DNA from: Candidatus Woesebacteria bacterium GW2011_GWC1_42_9
GTDB lineage: Bacteria > Patescibacteriota > Microgenomatia > UBA8517
Direction of reading: 5' to 3'
DNA length: 64,000 nucleotides
NCBI GenBank assembly: GCA_000995185.1
Contig: LCET01000005.1
Location: 84,277 to 148,276 of the forward strand
Part shown: one piece after another, positions 1-8,076 of the stretch
How the letters are laid out: every line of letters begins with the position of its first letter
How positions within the stretch are numbered: the first letter of the stretch is position 1
Program-made: the position numbers and the translations under genes
The notes under the pieces: generated by a model
Databases searched by the model: none
Told to the model about the DNA's origin: nothing
Seen by the model: the letters and a program-made list of their open reading frames with translations, nothing else

Positions 1-633
1 ATGCCTAAAAACCAATTTATAAGCATGCAAAAATAATCTCGGGCACCATGATCGGTCTGCCCTCGCTCTTTTGCGGCCAGCGTACTTTTGGTCTGAAATT
101 ACTGGATGATCAAGATGCTTCATATGAACTCTAATTTGGTGGGTCCTCCCTGTTTTTGGCGACACCCTTAAAAGAGTATAAATTTCCTTTGGGCCGCGAT
201 ACTCCCCTTCAACTGCAAAATTTGTTTGTGCACTCTTGCCGCCTGGGACCACCCCAAATTTTTCCCGATTCCAAGAAAGTCTCCCAAGGGGAATAGAGAT
301 TGACCCTTCTTTATCATCAAACCGTCCATGGACCATCGCTAGATATGTTTTTTCCACTAAACGATCTTTAAACTGCTTTTGGAGATAATAAAAAGAGTCT
401 TCGTCCTTGGCAACCAAAAGCACCCCGCTTGTTTCCTTGTCCAAGCGATGAACTATCCCATTCCTAAACACCTCTGAATTGGAAATACTAAAATTAAAAT
501 TTTCCGCTATCCAATCCTGGATCGTCCTCTGGCCTCTTGTAGATACGGCGTTATTAACTACCCAGCCTGAAGGCTTATCGATAACGAGAAGAAATTTGTC
601 CTCAAGAATTATTTTTGGTTTTTCTTGATTCAC
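1..633 (-). CDS. RluA-family pseudouridine synthase. The 3-prime end is cut by the window edge, so it is absent from the ORF track.
   Basis: Minus-strand translation from ~633 down to 1 reads ...DKFLLVIDKPSGWVV...NGIVHRLDKETSGVLLVAKDEDSF...LFLHAYKLVFRH. HRLDxxTSG is the RluA-family catalytic motif. An in-frame stop lies upstream at 667-669. The likely GTG start is at 631-633 or 640-642 and overlaps the dksA-like 3-prime end. Confidence 0.7.
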   Translation of the reverse strand, partial: MNQEKPKIILEDKFLLVIDKPSGWVVNNAVSTRGQRTIQDWIAENFNFSISNSEVFRNGIVHRLDKETSGVLLVAKDEDSFYYLQKQFKDRLVEKTYLAMVHGRFDDKEGSISIPLGRLSWNREKFGVVPGGKSAQTNFAVEGEYRGPKEIYTLLRVSPKTGRTHQIRVHMKHLDHPVISDQKYAGRKRARADRSWCPRLFLHAYKLVFRH

Positions 634-1012
634 ATTTAACACACAAGGTGGCCTCGGGATAAACCATCAACCTATCCGTATCAATCATCTCGCCGCAATG
701 CTCACAAATTCCATACTTGCCAATTTTCACCCTAGCCAAGGCTTTCCAAGTCTGGATAATTTTCCGGTCTAACTGCTCTTTAATCGCCGCCGACCTGGCA
801 TGACCAAATTGCTCTTCAGCATCAGCATCCGGGGAGGCATTATCGGTCACCCTGTTTATATTTTTAAACGGATCATCTGCTTCAATTTCTTTCCTGCGTC
901 TTTTAAGGCGTGCAAGCTGAGAACTAAGAAAATACCCCGCCGGGGAAAGAACCTTCGCCGGGAACCTTACAATCTGAGCGCCTCTAGTTAATTTACTTTT
1001 TCGTTTTGCCAT
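602..1012 (-). CDS. DksA/TraR-family C4 zinc-finger transcription factor
   Basis: C-terminal CEHCGEMIDTDRLMVYPEATLCVKCE, a CxxC..CxxC DksA/TraR finger; N-terminal coiled-coil-like region. Confidence 0.75.
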   Translation of the reverse strand: MAKRKSKLTRGAQIVRFPAKVLSPAGYFLSSQLARLKRRRKEIEADDPFKNINRVTDNASPDADAEEQFGHARSAAIKEQLDRKIIQTWKALARVKIGKYGICEHCGEMIDTDRLMVYPEATLCVKCESRKTKNNS

Positions 1013-1627
1013 TTATGTTTGAGAAAGATTATACAGTGCAAAGAATAATAAAAACGCGACCGACGCAGAAACGATTGAATCTACTCTTCCAACGAAGGAT
1101 AACATAGTTGGGAAAAATACCGCAACAAGAGAACGCAGTAAGAAAACTAGTCCCAGTGTGGTTAACCCGGAAAAGCCCACCCTACCCGATTGGTACCAGT
1201 TAAACCGCTTGTAATACTTATTAAGAATTAAGTAAAGAATAAAAAACATGATTAAAACCAGTGACAATGGCCAGTACAAAATGCTTGCAAAAATCGCAAA
1301 CCAGACAATGATCCCCATTCCATACGCCTCAAATGTCTCAAAAAAACGAAGCTTTTTTTTCCTCACACCAAATAAAAAAAACACAAATGAGACCAAGACC
1401 GATCCCCAAAACCAAGTCCCCTGAGGCACAAATACCCGATTTTCCATTAACACTTTTGAAAGTAAATTACCGCCCACTCCTCCGGCTATCGATCCGATCA
1501 CTACAAATAAGCCTGTCGTGAACACCGTGTCCCTGGAATAATCATCTCGAAGTTTTTTCCAATATAAAAAAAGAAAAACCAGGGCGCCAATAATTACAAG
1601 GAGGATTAAAGGTATTACAGTTGACAT
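1013..1627 (-). CDS. Hypothetical polytopic membrane protein
   Basis: 204 aa with about six hydrophobic segments. Only a weak resemblance to Lgt glycine-rich motifs, so it is left unassigned. Confidence 0.5.
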   Translation of the reverse strand: MSTVIPLILLVIIGALVFLFLYWKKLRDDYSRDTVFTTGLFVVIGSIAGGVGGNLLSKVLMENRVFVPQGTWFWGSVLVSFVFFLFGVRKKKLRFFETFEAYGMGIIVWFAIFASILYWPLSLVLIMFFILYLILNKYYKRFNWYQSGRVGFSGLTTLGLVFLLRSLVAVFFPTMLSFVGRVDSIVSASVAFLLFFALYNLSQT

Positions 1628-1658
1628 AAGGGGCTTGGTGATTATAGCATGAATAACT

Positions 1659-2120
1659 GTGCTAGAAACACCTCATGTAGCGGTTGGAGCGGCCATTGCG
1701 GTATCCGTCGCCAATCCATTTTTGGCTATCCCTTTGGCTTTTGGGAGCCATTTTGTGCTGGAAACTGTTCCCCACTGGAATCCCCACCTTAATTCCGAGC
1801 TTAAAAAACACGGGAAGATAACTAAACAATCCGTGCAAGTGGTAATTTTTGATTCATGCTTAGCGCTGGCTCTAGGGAGCTTTATCGCCTATCAAGCGCT
1901 CCCGAACACAGCGCATGCCTTAACGATTTTCTTCGCCTCTTTTGCTTCCGTCTTACCCGACGTTGTCGAAGGACCGTACTTTTTCCTTAAATATAAAAAC
2001 AGGTTAGTTATGAAATGGATTTCATTTCAGAAGTCTATCCAAAACGACGCGGATGTCGTTCTTGGCCTTTCCACTCAATTTATCACGATCGCGATCGCTC
2101 TCTGGTGGATTTTTGGCTAA
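1659..2120 (+). CDS. Hypothetical membrane protein
   Basis: 153 aa, hydrophobic segments, several His residues. No motif recognised. Confidence 0.45.
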   Translation: MLETPHVAVGAAIAVSVANPFLAIPLAFGSHFVLETVPHWNPHLNSELKKHGKITKQSVQVVIFDSCLALALGSFIAYQALPNTAHALTIFFASFASVLPDVVEGPYFFLKYKNRLVMKWISFQKSIQNDADVVLGLSTQFITIAIALWWIFG

Positions 2121-2673
2121 CTCTTTCAAGATACTCCCCGGTCCTGGTATCAACATTTACAATGTCGCCCGTTTTGATAAACAGCGGAACTCTCACCTGA
2201 ACGCCGTTCTCGCATTTTGCGGGCTTATAAACATTAGTTGATGAATTGCCCTTTACGCCGGGATCCGTCTCGGTAACCTCAAGGGCCACTTTGGGAGCCA
2301 GCTCAATTGAAACGGGTTCGTCATCACGGAAAAGCACATCCACATTTTGTCCCTCATTAATGTATTGAAGTTGCCCTTTAATAAGGTCTATATCTATCTC
2401 TGACTGGCTGTAATCAGTGGGGTCAGCAAAGACCGCCCTATCTCCATCACGATATAAATATGTAAGTTCCTTTTTAGATGTAGAAACTTCTTCAAATTTT
2501 GCAGTGGATGGAAAAGTTTTTTCCTCCATCTTGCCATTTGACAAATTCCTGGCACTCACCCGCACCGTCGCCCCTCCCCTGCCCATTTTTATATGGGTAT
2601 ATTTGATTACCTGCAAGGGCTTCCCTTCGTACAAAAAACAGGTTGAATTTTTTAGATTAGTTGCCGAAATCAT
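2083..2673 (-). CDS. efp: Elongation factor P
   Basis: MISATNLKNS...KMGRGGATVRV...PLFIKTGDIVNVDTRTGEYLERV aligns with EF-P along its length. Likely start is the second Met (MISAT). The tip residue of the KPGKG loop is Arg here. Confidence 0.9.
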   Translation of the reverse strand: MISATNLKNSTCFLYEGKPLQVIKYTHIKMGRGGATVRVSARNLSNGKMEEKTFPSTAKFEEVSTSKKELTYLYRDGDRAVFADPTDYSQSEIDIDLIKGQLQYINEGQNVDVLFRDDEPVSIELAPKVALEVTETDPGVKGNSSTNVYKPAKCENGVQVRVPLFIKTGDIVNVDTRTGEYLERVSQKSTRERSRS

Positions 2674-2681
2674 GGTAAAAT
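2673..2681 (+). promoter_or_regulatory. Extended -10 element TGGTAAAAT, 12 nt upstream of tRNA-Leu
   Basis: TGn + TAAAAT. The same element occurs at 61402 upstream of the tRNA-Trp 5-prime fragment. It overlaps the efp start codon on the other strand. Confidence 0.4.
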
Positions 2682-2692
2682 ATACCATATTT

Positions 2693-2778
2693 GCCGAGGT
2701 GGCGGAACTGGTAGACGCGCAGGTCTCAAAAACCTGTGGGCCCTAAAGCTCGTGAGGGTTCGAGTCCCTCCCTCGGCA
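2693..2778 (+). tRNA. tRNA-Leu(CAA)
   Basis: Acceptor GCCGAGG/CCTCGGC, D-stem GCG/CGC, anticodon stem CAGGT/ACCTG with loop CTCAAAA, long variable arm, T-arm GAGGG-TTCGAGT-CCCTC, discriminator A. Confidence 0.9.
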
Positions 2779-3111
2779 CTCAATCAGTAGTGCCAATAAA
2801 GCGGATAATAGGCCGATGTCGCGTACGGTAATCGCATTAATTCCGGAAACCAGTAAAACACTCGCTAGGTGAATTACCGCCAAACTAGCTGGTACCCAAA
2901 GTTTATAATCCAAAAGAAGCCATAGCCCTACAACAAGATCAAAGATCGCCGTTGTCTGCATCATCATTTTTATATCAACCGGAAAATAAGTTAAAAACGA
3001 ATCATTTATATACCCTCCCCACCCCACCGGGTCTTTCAAAATTAAAAGTCCGACCCACAAAAAAGTAATCGCTAAACCAACTCTCAGGATATGAAGGCTA
3101 CTTCCTTTCAT
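2743..3111 (-). CDS. Small four-TM membrane protein, possibly DoxX-like
   Basis: Likely start MKGSSLHILRVGLAITFLWVG..., giving a 4-nt overlap with the VKOR gene. The C-terminal ...RDSNPHEL is the antisense read of the tRNA-Leu T-arm, so the true C-terminus is uncertain. Confidence 0.4.
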   Translation of the reverse strand: MKGSSLHILRVGLAITFLWVGLLILKDPVGWGGYINDSFLTYFPVDIKMMMQTTAIFDLVVGLWLLLDYKLWVPASLAVIHLASVLLVSGINAITVRDIGLLSALLALLIECRGRDSNPHEL

Positions 3112-3509
3112 ATGAATAAATATATCAGAGCCATCAGCCAAATTGTCACAGCACTCATCACACACCAAAAGCACCATTTCTTAATTACAAATTTCTGAAG
3201 AAAAACAAAGTACACCGAGACTAGCGAACCAGAAAAAAGCATTATCCCAGATAGATTCTGGATCAAATTTTCTGAGCCAATTCTAAGGACCAAAAGCGAG
3301 ACGATAAACCCAGTCAACAAATAAAATACGAGCCCCCAAACATCATTGTGAATCCCAAGAAGCTTATTATATTTACTTTCTAAAACGATGTGGCACTCGC
3401 TTCCCAAGAAGCATGCCGGTTTATCGCTTTTTAACCTTTTCTCTATCAAATATCTCGTCTCGGAAACTCCGATGGCGGCAAGAGTAAAAATAAGGGCAAG
3501 GGACGTCAT
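3108..3509 (-). CDS. VKOR-family (vitamin K epoxide reductase-like) thiol oxidoreductase
   Basis: Loop Cys pair ACFLGSEC, plus the active-site CFWC inside a transmembrane helix near the C-terminus. Confidence 0.75.
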   Translation of the reverse strand: MTSLALIFTLAAIGVSETRYLIEKRLKSDKPACFLGSECHIVLESKYNKLLGIHNDVWGLVFYLLTGFIVSLLVLRIGSENLIQNLSGIMLFSGSLVSVYFVFLQKFVIKKWCFWCVMSAVTIWLMALIYLFI

Positions 3510-3940
3510 TATTCAACTATAAGCACTCCTTCCATCCCGGCTTCTCGATGCCCCGGGACAGAACAATAAAAAACATATTCACCAAGCTCACTAAAAACAA
3601 CTTCGATGGTCTGAGACTCGCCGCCTGATATTGAATTTGTCTTAAATTCCCCGCCTTCAAACACTAAATCATGCCTCATTTTCCCATTATTTTTAAAAGT
3701 AATCTGTATTTTTTCTCCTGCCTTTATCTTAATTTCTTGGGGATTAAATTTAAATTCCGAGGCAGAAATAACAATTTCATTACTCACCACCGTATCCACC
3801 GCATCGGTCTCAACAGGGGTCGGCGTTAAAAAATAGTAGCCCAACCCGAACAACGCTATTACCACAACTAACCCGGCGACAATATAGACTAGCATACTTC
3901 TCGATTTACTCTTTATCTCCTCTTTTTGCGTCTCTTCCAT
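3509..3940 (-). CDS. Membrane-anchored type-1 blue-copper (cupredoxin/plastocyanin-like) protein
   Basis: N-terminal TM anchor. The C-terminal YCSVPGHREAGMEGVLIV is the canonical C-x-x-P-G-H-x-x-x-G-M copper site. Confidence 0.85.
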   Translation of the reverse strand: MEETQKEEIKSKSRSMLVYIVAGLVVVIALFGLGYYFLTPTPVETDAVDTVVSNEIVISASEFKFNPQEIKIKAGEKIQITFKNNGKMRHDLVFEGGEFKTNSISGGESQTIEVVFSELGEYVFYCSVPGHREAGMEGVLIVE

Positions 3941-5237
3941 AGAACTTTATTCTATCACCCCTAAAGTGTAAGGCAATTTGGCCAAGCGGTCCATTCCTGT
4001 GTTTTGAAATATCCAAATACATATTTTCAAGCTTTTCCTCATCTTCCCTCCATAAAAACATAACCACGTCTGCATCCTGCTCTATGCTACCGCTCTCGCG
4101 GAGATCTGCCAACTGCGGCCGCTTCGTACCCCTTTGTTCAACTGCCCTTGAAAGCTGGCTTAGGGCCAAGACTGGTATTTTCAGCTCTTTGGCCAAGTTT
4201 TTTAATCCCTGCGAAATTTCGGAAACTTCCTGCACGCGGTTCTCAAGGTTCCGACTAATAGCAAGCTGTAAATAATCAACAATTATGAGCTCCACCCCTG
4301 ATTCCACTTGGAGCCTTCTTGCCTTTGTCCGCATTTCCAAAATCGAAAGCCCCGGGGAATCATCAATAAATAGCGGCGCTTCAGCAAGCTCACCCATCGC
4401 ATTTGAAAACTTAGTAAAATCATCCTCACTTAACTTGCCTGTCTTTAATTTCCAGGCGTCAATATCCGCCTGCGCGACAAGAAGCCTATCCACCAACTCT
4501 TCACTGCTCATCTCAAGCGAGAAAAACCCAACCGGGATTTTTTCGTTAACCGTCAAATGCTGAGCCATGTTAATTGCCAAAGTTGTCTTCCCTACTCCTG
4601 GCCTGGCCGCGAGAATCAATAAATTTGAGCGCTGCATCCCGGCAAGCATGCTATCTAGATCACTAAATCCAGTTGGCAATCCGCGAAGCCCGGTATCAAG
4701 CTTACTTAGTTCATCAAGCCGATCAAACGAATCAGCCAGTGCGGCCTTTACTGGTCGAAAGCTTTTTGCCAGATGCTTTTGGGTAAGCGAGAACACTTCG
4801 CTCTCGGCTTTGTCCAACAGCTCCCCCGCGGCCAGTCCCTCATCAAGCGACAGATCAAACAACTTTGCCGCCGCGGCCATAACGCTTCTTTTTGTAGCCT
4901 GGTCTTTCACGATCTGACCGTAGTGCTCGACATGGGCGGCAGTGGGGACTTTGTTGGCTAGCTCCGCCAAATAGCTCGCCCCTCCGATCTCCTTCAAGGA
5001 TTTATTCTTCTTAAGTTTCTCAGAAACCGTTAATACGTCGACGGGGACCCGGTCTTCGTAGAGCGCCAAGATGCTATCGTAAATTTTTCGGTGCCGATCA
5101 TCATAAAAATGCCCCGGGATCAAAAACTCCGCCACCGCGATAATCGCATCTTTATCCAAAAGCAATGCTCCAATTACCGAAGCCTCGGCATCATGAGAAT
5201 GGGGCGGGATCCTTACTTGAAGAGAGGGGCTCGCCAT
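3906..5237 (-). CDS. dnaB: Replicative DNA helicase DnaB
   Basis: N-terminal PPHSHDAEASVIGALLLD, Walker A GVGKTTLAINMA, RecA-like C-terminal domain. Confidence 0.95.
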   Translation of the reverse strand: MASPSLQVRIPPHSHDAEASVIGALLLDKDAIIAVAEFLIPGHFYDDRHRKIYDSILALYEDRVPVDVLTVSEKLKKNKSLKEIGGASYLAELANKVPTAAHVEHYGQIVKDQATKRSVMAAAAKLFDLSLDEGLAAGELLDKAESEVFSLTQKHLAKSFRPVKAALADSFDRLDELSKLDTGLRGLPTGFSDLDSMLAGMQRSNLLILAARPGVGKTTLAINMAQHLTVNEKIPVGFFSLEMSSEELVDRLLVAQADIDAWKLKTGKLSEDDFTKFSNAMGELAEAPLFIDDSPGLSILEMRTKARRLQVESGVELIIVDYLQLAISRNLENRVQEVSEISQGLKNLAKELKIPVLALSQLSRAVEQRGTKRPQLADLRESGSIEQDADVVMFLWREDEEKLENMYLDISKHRNGPLGQIALHFRGDRIKFYGRDAKRGDKE

Positions 5238-5866
5238 ATAATCTGATCTCCGTTAGTATAACTATCTGCCTTTATCGAAAGTTTCGGAGCAGATTCGACC
5301 TTGATACCAAGAGCGGAAATAAACGGCTCAACTGGTTGTAGTTTTGAAAAAGACTCCGAGTTTAGACCGGGCATTTGATAGTGCATCGGGACAATTACGT
5401 TGGGCTCAATTAATCTTGCCACCTCTGCCGCTTCATTTGCGCCAATTGTGTACTCTCCTCCGACAGGGATCATCAAAACATCGATGTCGCCAATTTGATT
5501 AACGATTGATTCGGAGATTACGTGCCCAAGATCCCCCAAGTGGGCGATCCTCACCCCGTCCATTTCTATTACATACATCGTATTTTGGCCTCTTTCTTGA
5601 CCTTTTTTGGCATCATGGAAGCTTGATATTCCGATCACCGAAACTCCCTCAATTTCATATTCACCCGGTCCATTAATAACTTTTTTCACATCATTAACTG
5701 CCGCAAAATTATTATGGTCTTTATGATCATGACTAATTGTAACGATCGTGGCGCTTACTTTAGGGAATTTTAACCCGACCACGACTGGGTCAAACGGATC
5801 ACAGACTACGCTTACTTTCCTATTAGTCAGCCTAAACGAAGAGTGCCCGAGGTATAAAACATCCAT
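5213..5866 (-). CDS. MBL-fold metallo-hydrolase
   Basis: Zn-binding motif TISHDHKDHNN (HxHxDH) and downstream His/Asp ligands. Confidence 0.8.
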   Translation of the reverse strand: MDVLYLGHSSFRLTNRKVSVVCDPFDPVVVGLKFPKVSATIVTISHDHKDHNNFAAVNDVKKVINGPGEYEIEGVSVIGISSFHDAKKGQERGQNTMYVIEMDGVRIAHLGDLGHVISESIVNQIGDIDVLMIPVGGEYTIGANEAAEVARLIEPNVIVPMHYQMPGLNSESFSKLQPVEPFISALGIKVESAPKLSIKADSYTNGDQIIWRAPLFK

Positions 5867-5894
5867 CGCGTCATCCTAACAAAGACTGCCTTCC

Positions 5895-5924
5895 TTGACA
5901 AGTAACAGCTAATTTAAGTATATT
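5895..5924 (+). promoter_or_regulatory. Sigma70-like promoter (TTGACA-18-TATATT) for the 5946 gene
   Basis: TTGACA at 5895-5900 and TATATT at 5919-5924, about 20 nt before the start codon. Confidence 0.45.
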
Positions 5925-5945
5925 TGGGAACCTCTGCCACAAGGC

Positions 5946-6878
5946 ATGCGGAAAGAAATCCTATTAGCAATCATTCTTGGCAGTGTCCTTGGCGGCGCTT
6001 TGGCTTTTGGGATCTGGAGAATGAATGATTTTTTTGACCGAAAACCAGATCAGAACGAGCCCCCACCTAGCGATCGCAAATCCCCACCCAAACAAAACAC
6101 CGGGTTTTTCCTTGAAATATCCGAGCCGGCAAACCAAGCCGTGATACCCGCCACAAGCGTCTCTGTGGAAGGCTACACTTCCCCCAATGCACTCATCACC
6201 ATTACAACTAATGATGAATCATCTCTCACTCTTTCCGATACAGAAGGCAGGTACCGCTCAGAGGCAGAACTTAGCGGGGGGGTAAACCAAATTGAAGTCA
6301 CAGGATTTGACAATAGCGGGAAATCGCTGAGCAAAAGCCTTTTATTAGTCCATTCGACGTACTTAAAAAACGGCGAACACGGGATTTCCTTAATCGGGAC
6401 AGTTACAGATTTGAGCGAATCAACAATTCAAATAAAAACTTTATCCGGAGAAATTGAACAAATTTCGGTCAACAAAGACGAAACCACCTATGCAAATATC
6501 ATGAAATCCTCTCGCGAAATTGAATTCACCGATCTTGCTCTTGGTGACTTTATTGTCGCTATCGGAAAATCAAATGGCAATGATATTATCGAAGCCCAAA
6601 GGATTTTAGTTACGACGGCTCTATCCGAATCAACCATCCGGGCAGTATGGGGAGAAGTAAAAACTTATAACACCAAAGAATTTATCATCAAGGATATTGG
6701 CGGCAATGACTGGTCCATCGACGCCAAAGGAGGAGTGGAAGTGACCAAACTAGTTGAGGATGAGTTCAAAAAGGCAAAGCTAACAAGCCTCAAAGAGGGA
6801 GATACCATCATCGTCATCGGAGAATTTGATAAAGAAGAAATCGACGCAAACCAAATCCACCTGGTTACAAATAATTGA
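5946..6878 (+). CDS. Hypothetical exported or membrane-anchored protein
   Basis: N-terminal TM helix, Pro-rich linker, then a beta-rich extracellular portion. Confidence 0.5.
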   Translation: MRKEILLAIILGSVLGGALAFGIWRMNDFFDRKPDQNEPPPSDRKSPPKQNTGFFLEISEPANQAVIPATSVSVEGYTSPNALITITTNDESSLTLSDTEGRYRSEAELSGGVNQIEVTGFDNSGKSLSKSLLLVHSTYLKNGEHGISLIGTVTDLSESTIQIKTLSGEIEQISVNKDETTYANIMKSSREIEFTDLALGDFIVAIGKSNGNDIIEAQRILVTTALSESTIRAVWGEVKTYNTKEFIIKDIGGNDWSIDAKGGVEVTKLVEDEFKKAKLTSLKEGDTIIVIGEFDKEEIDANQIHLVTNN

Positions 6879-6990
6879 CAGGTTTAAACAATTAAAGTAC
6901 AATTTCTTAATATGAAAATATTATTTGTTTCTAAGGTTCATCATACCCTGGCCTAAAGGCTGGTGGTTTTTTGCGTGAACTAAAACAATC

Positions 6991-7014
6991 ACCAGCCGGA
7001 GGGCTGGTTTTTTA
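6991..7014 (+). terminator. Rho-independent terminator (accagcc-ggag-ggctggt + T6)
   Basis: 7-bp GC-rich stem followed by TTTTTT. An alternative partner ggctggtg+T6 lies at 6957-6970. Confidence 0.6.
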
Positions 7015-7027
7015 GTGGGAAAAATTT

Positions 7028-7101
7028 GGTGGGCGTGGCTTAAAGGATAAAGCGTTCGCTTGTGAAGCGAAAGATTGGGGGTTCGAGTCCCCTCGCCCAC
7101 C
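7028..7101 (+). tRNA. tRNA-His(GUG)
   Basis: Encoded G-1 giving an 8-bp acceptor GGTGGGCG/CGCCCACC, anticodon loop TTGTGAA, T-loop TTCGAGT, discriminator C. Confidence 0.9.
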
Positions 7102-7130
7102 CAAAGTCCAATTGGTGAAAGGAGCAGACA

Positions 7131-7745
7131 ATGGAACGCACGATCCTAAGATGGATTTTGTTCCACGGCCACTGGACCCACAATGAAGGAGATTTTTTCT
7201 CCTTCATTGTAATTGAAGTAAAAATGACAGAAATGGATAACAACTATTTAAATCAAGAGATAGAGCGCCTGACAAATTGCGCTTTATCTGTGTTGGAAAA
7301 TTATGACCGGGTGCAAGATAACCCTGATCGGGACATTCTCCCATCAATTGTGAGTCAACAATTATCTACTGAGGGGAAAATTACTTTATCGCTATTTGCG
7401 TGCCCGTCGTATGATCCATCTGCATTAACTTCCAAAACACAGGAGAACTATATCCGGACGGAAGTTAAGGGAACCGATCTATTCACTCCAAGAGTTCCGA
7501 GAATAAATAAACTAAGAGACGATCTTCGTAAATTAGGAATTCAAACTGATATCGTAATCTTTCTTGGAGATTCTGATCCTAATACATATGTATTACCAAT
7601 TCTAAGTAAATACGGAGTGGTAGCCGACCAAGCTAAATTAAACGAACGGCAGGCGCAATATGCACAAAGTTTCGAATCAAGAGCCAAAAGCTTATTGGGA
7701 GAAGACGTTGTTGTGTTTTCCTTGGCGAAAGAGTGTCTTCATTGA
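7131..7745 (+). CDS. Hypothetical protein, probably the 5-prime part of a frameshifted gene
   Basis: 204-aa ORF that overlaps the next ORF (7660-8046) by 86 nt in another frame. Confidence 0.4.
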   Translation: MERTILRWILFHGHWTHNEGDFFSFIVIEVKMTEMDNNYLNQEIERLTNCALSVLENYDRVQDNPDRDILPSIVSQQLSTEGKITLSLFACPSYDPSALTSKTQENYIRTEVKGTDLFTPRVPRINKLRDDLRKLGIQTDIVIFLGDSDPNTYVLPILSKYGVVADQAKLNERQAQYAQSFESRAKSLLGEDVVVFSLAKECLH

Positions 7746-8046
7746 AAATTTAAATCCAAACTACACCACCAAAGAACTTAATAACGAAGTAGATTTCTTA
7801 AGGAAGCTATTCTCAACTAAAGGCCCCTACAAGGGAATATTTAATATTGCCGAGGCTGATCTTGAGCTTATGGCAAAAGAGAAGTTTCGGTCATACGGAG
7901 AACAGGGAAAATTAGTCCAGGAGATTGGCGGCGGGATACTCCTCCAAACTGAAACTCCTTGGCTTTTGAGAACCAAAATGCTAAAAAGCGGCGGATCATC
8001 CTTCGCCGCAATTTATCCCTGGATCAGGAAGGAAGAGCTTTCCTGA
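7660..8046 (+). CDS. Hypothetical protein, probably the 3-prime part of the same frameshifted gene
   Basis: 128-aa ORF in the +1 frame relative to 7131-7745. The junction is near a T-run at ~7710-7745. Confidence 0.35.
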   Translation: MHKVSNQEPKAYWEKTLLCFPWRKSVFIENLNPNYTTKELNNEVDFLRKLFSTKGPYKGIFNIAEADLELMAKEKFRSYGEQGKLVQEIGGGILLQTETPWLLRTKMLKSGGSSFAAIYPWIRKEELS

Positions 8047-8076
8047 AATTTTTTTGATAGTATAAATCTACTATCT

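Noticed and set aside
2417-2746. + strand 109-aa ORF overlapping efp and tRNA-Leu
   Set aside because: It is antisense to efp and runs through a tRNA gene, so it is spurious.
2743-2779. C-terminal 12 residues (…CRGRDSNPHEL) of the 2743-3177 ORF
   Set aside because: They are the antisense translation of the tRNA-Leu T-arm/acceptor (the classic GTTCGAATCC-derived SNP string). The true stop may still be there, but the residues carry no functional meaning.
4084-4961. Four + strand ORFs (63-116 aa) inside dnaB, and similar antisense ORFs inside copA, the HMA protein, ssb, topA and others
   Set aside because: They lie fully inside well-supported genes on the other strand. Their Ser/Leu/Arg-rich compositions are typical of antisense reading frames and they have no RBS.
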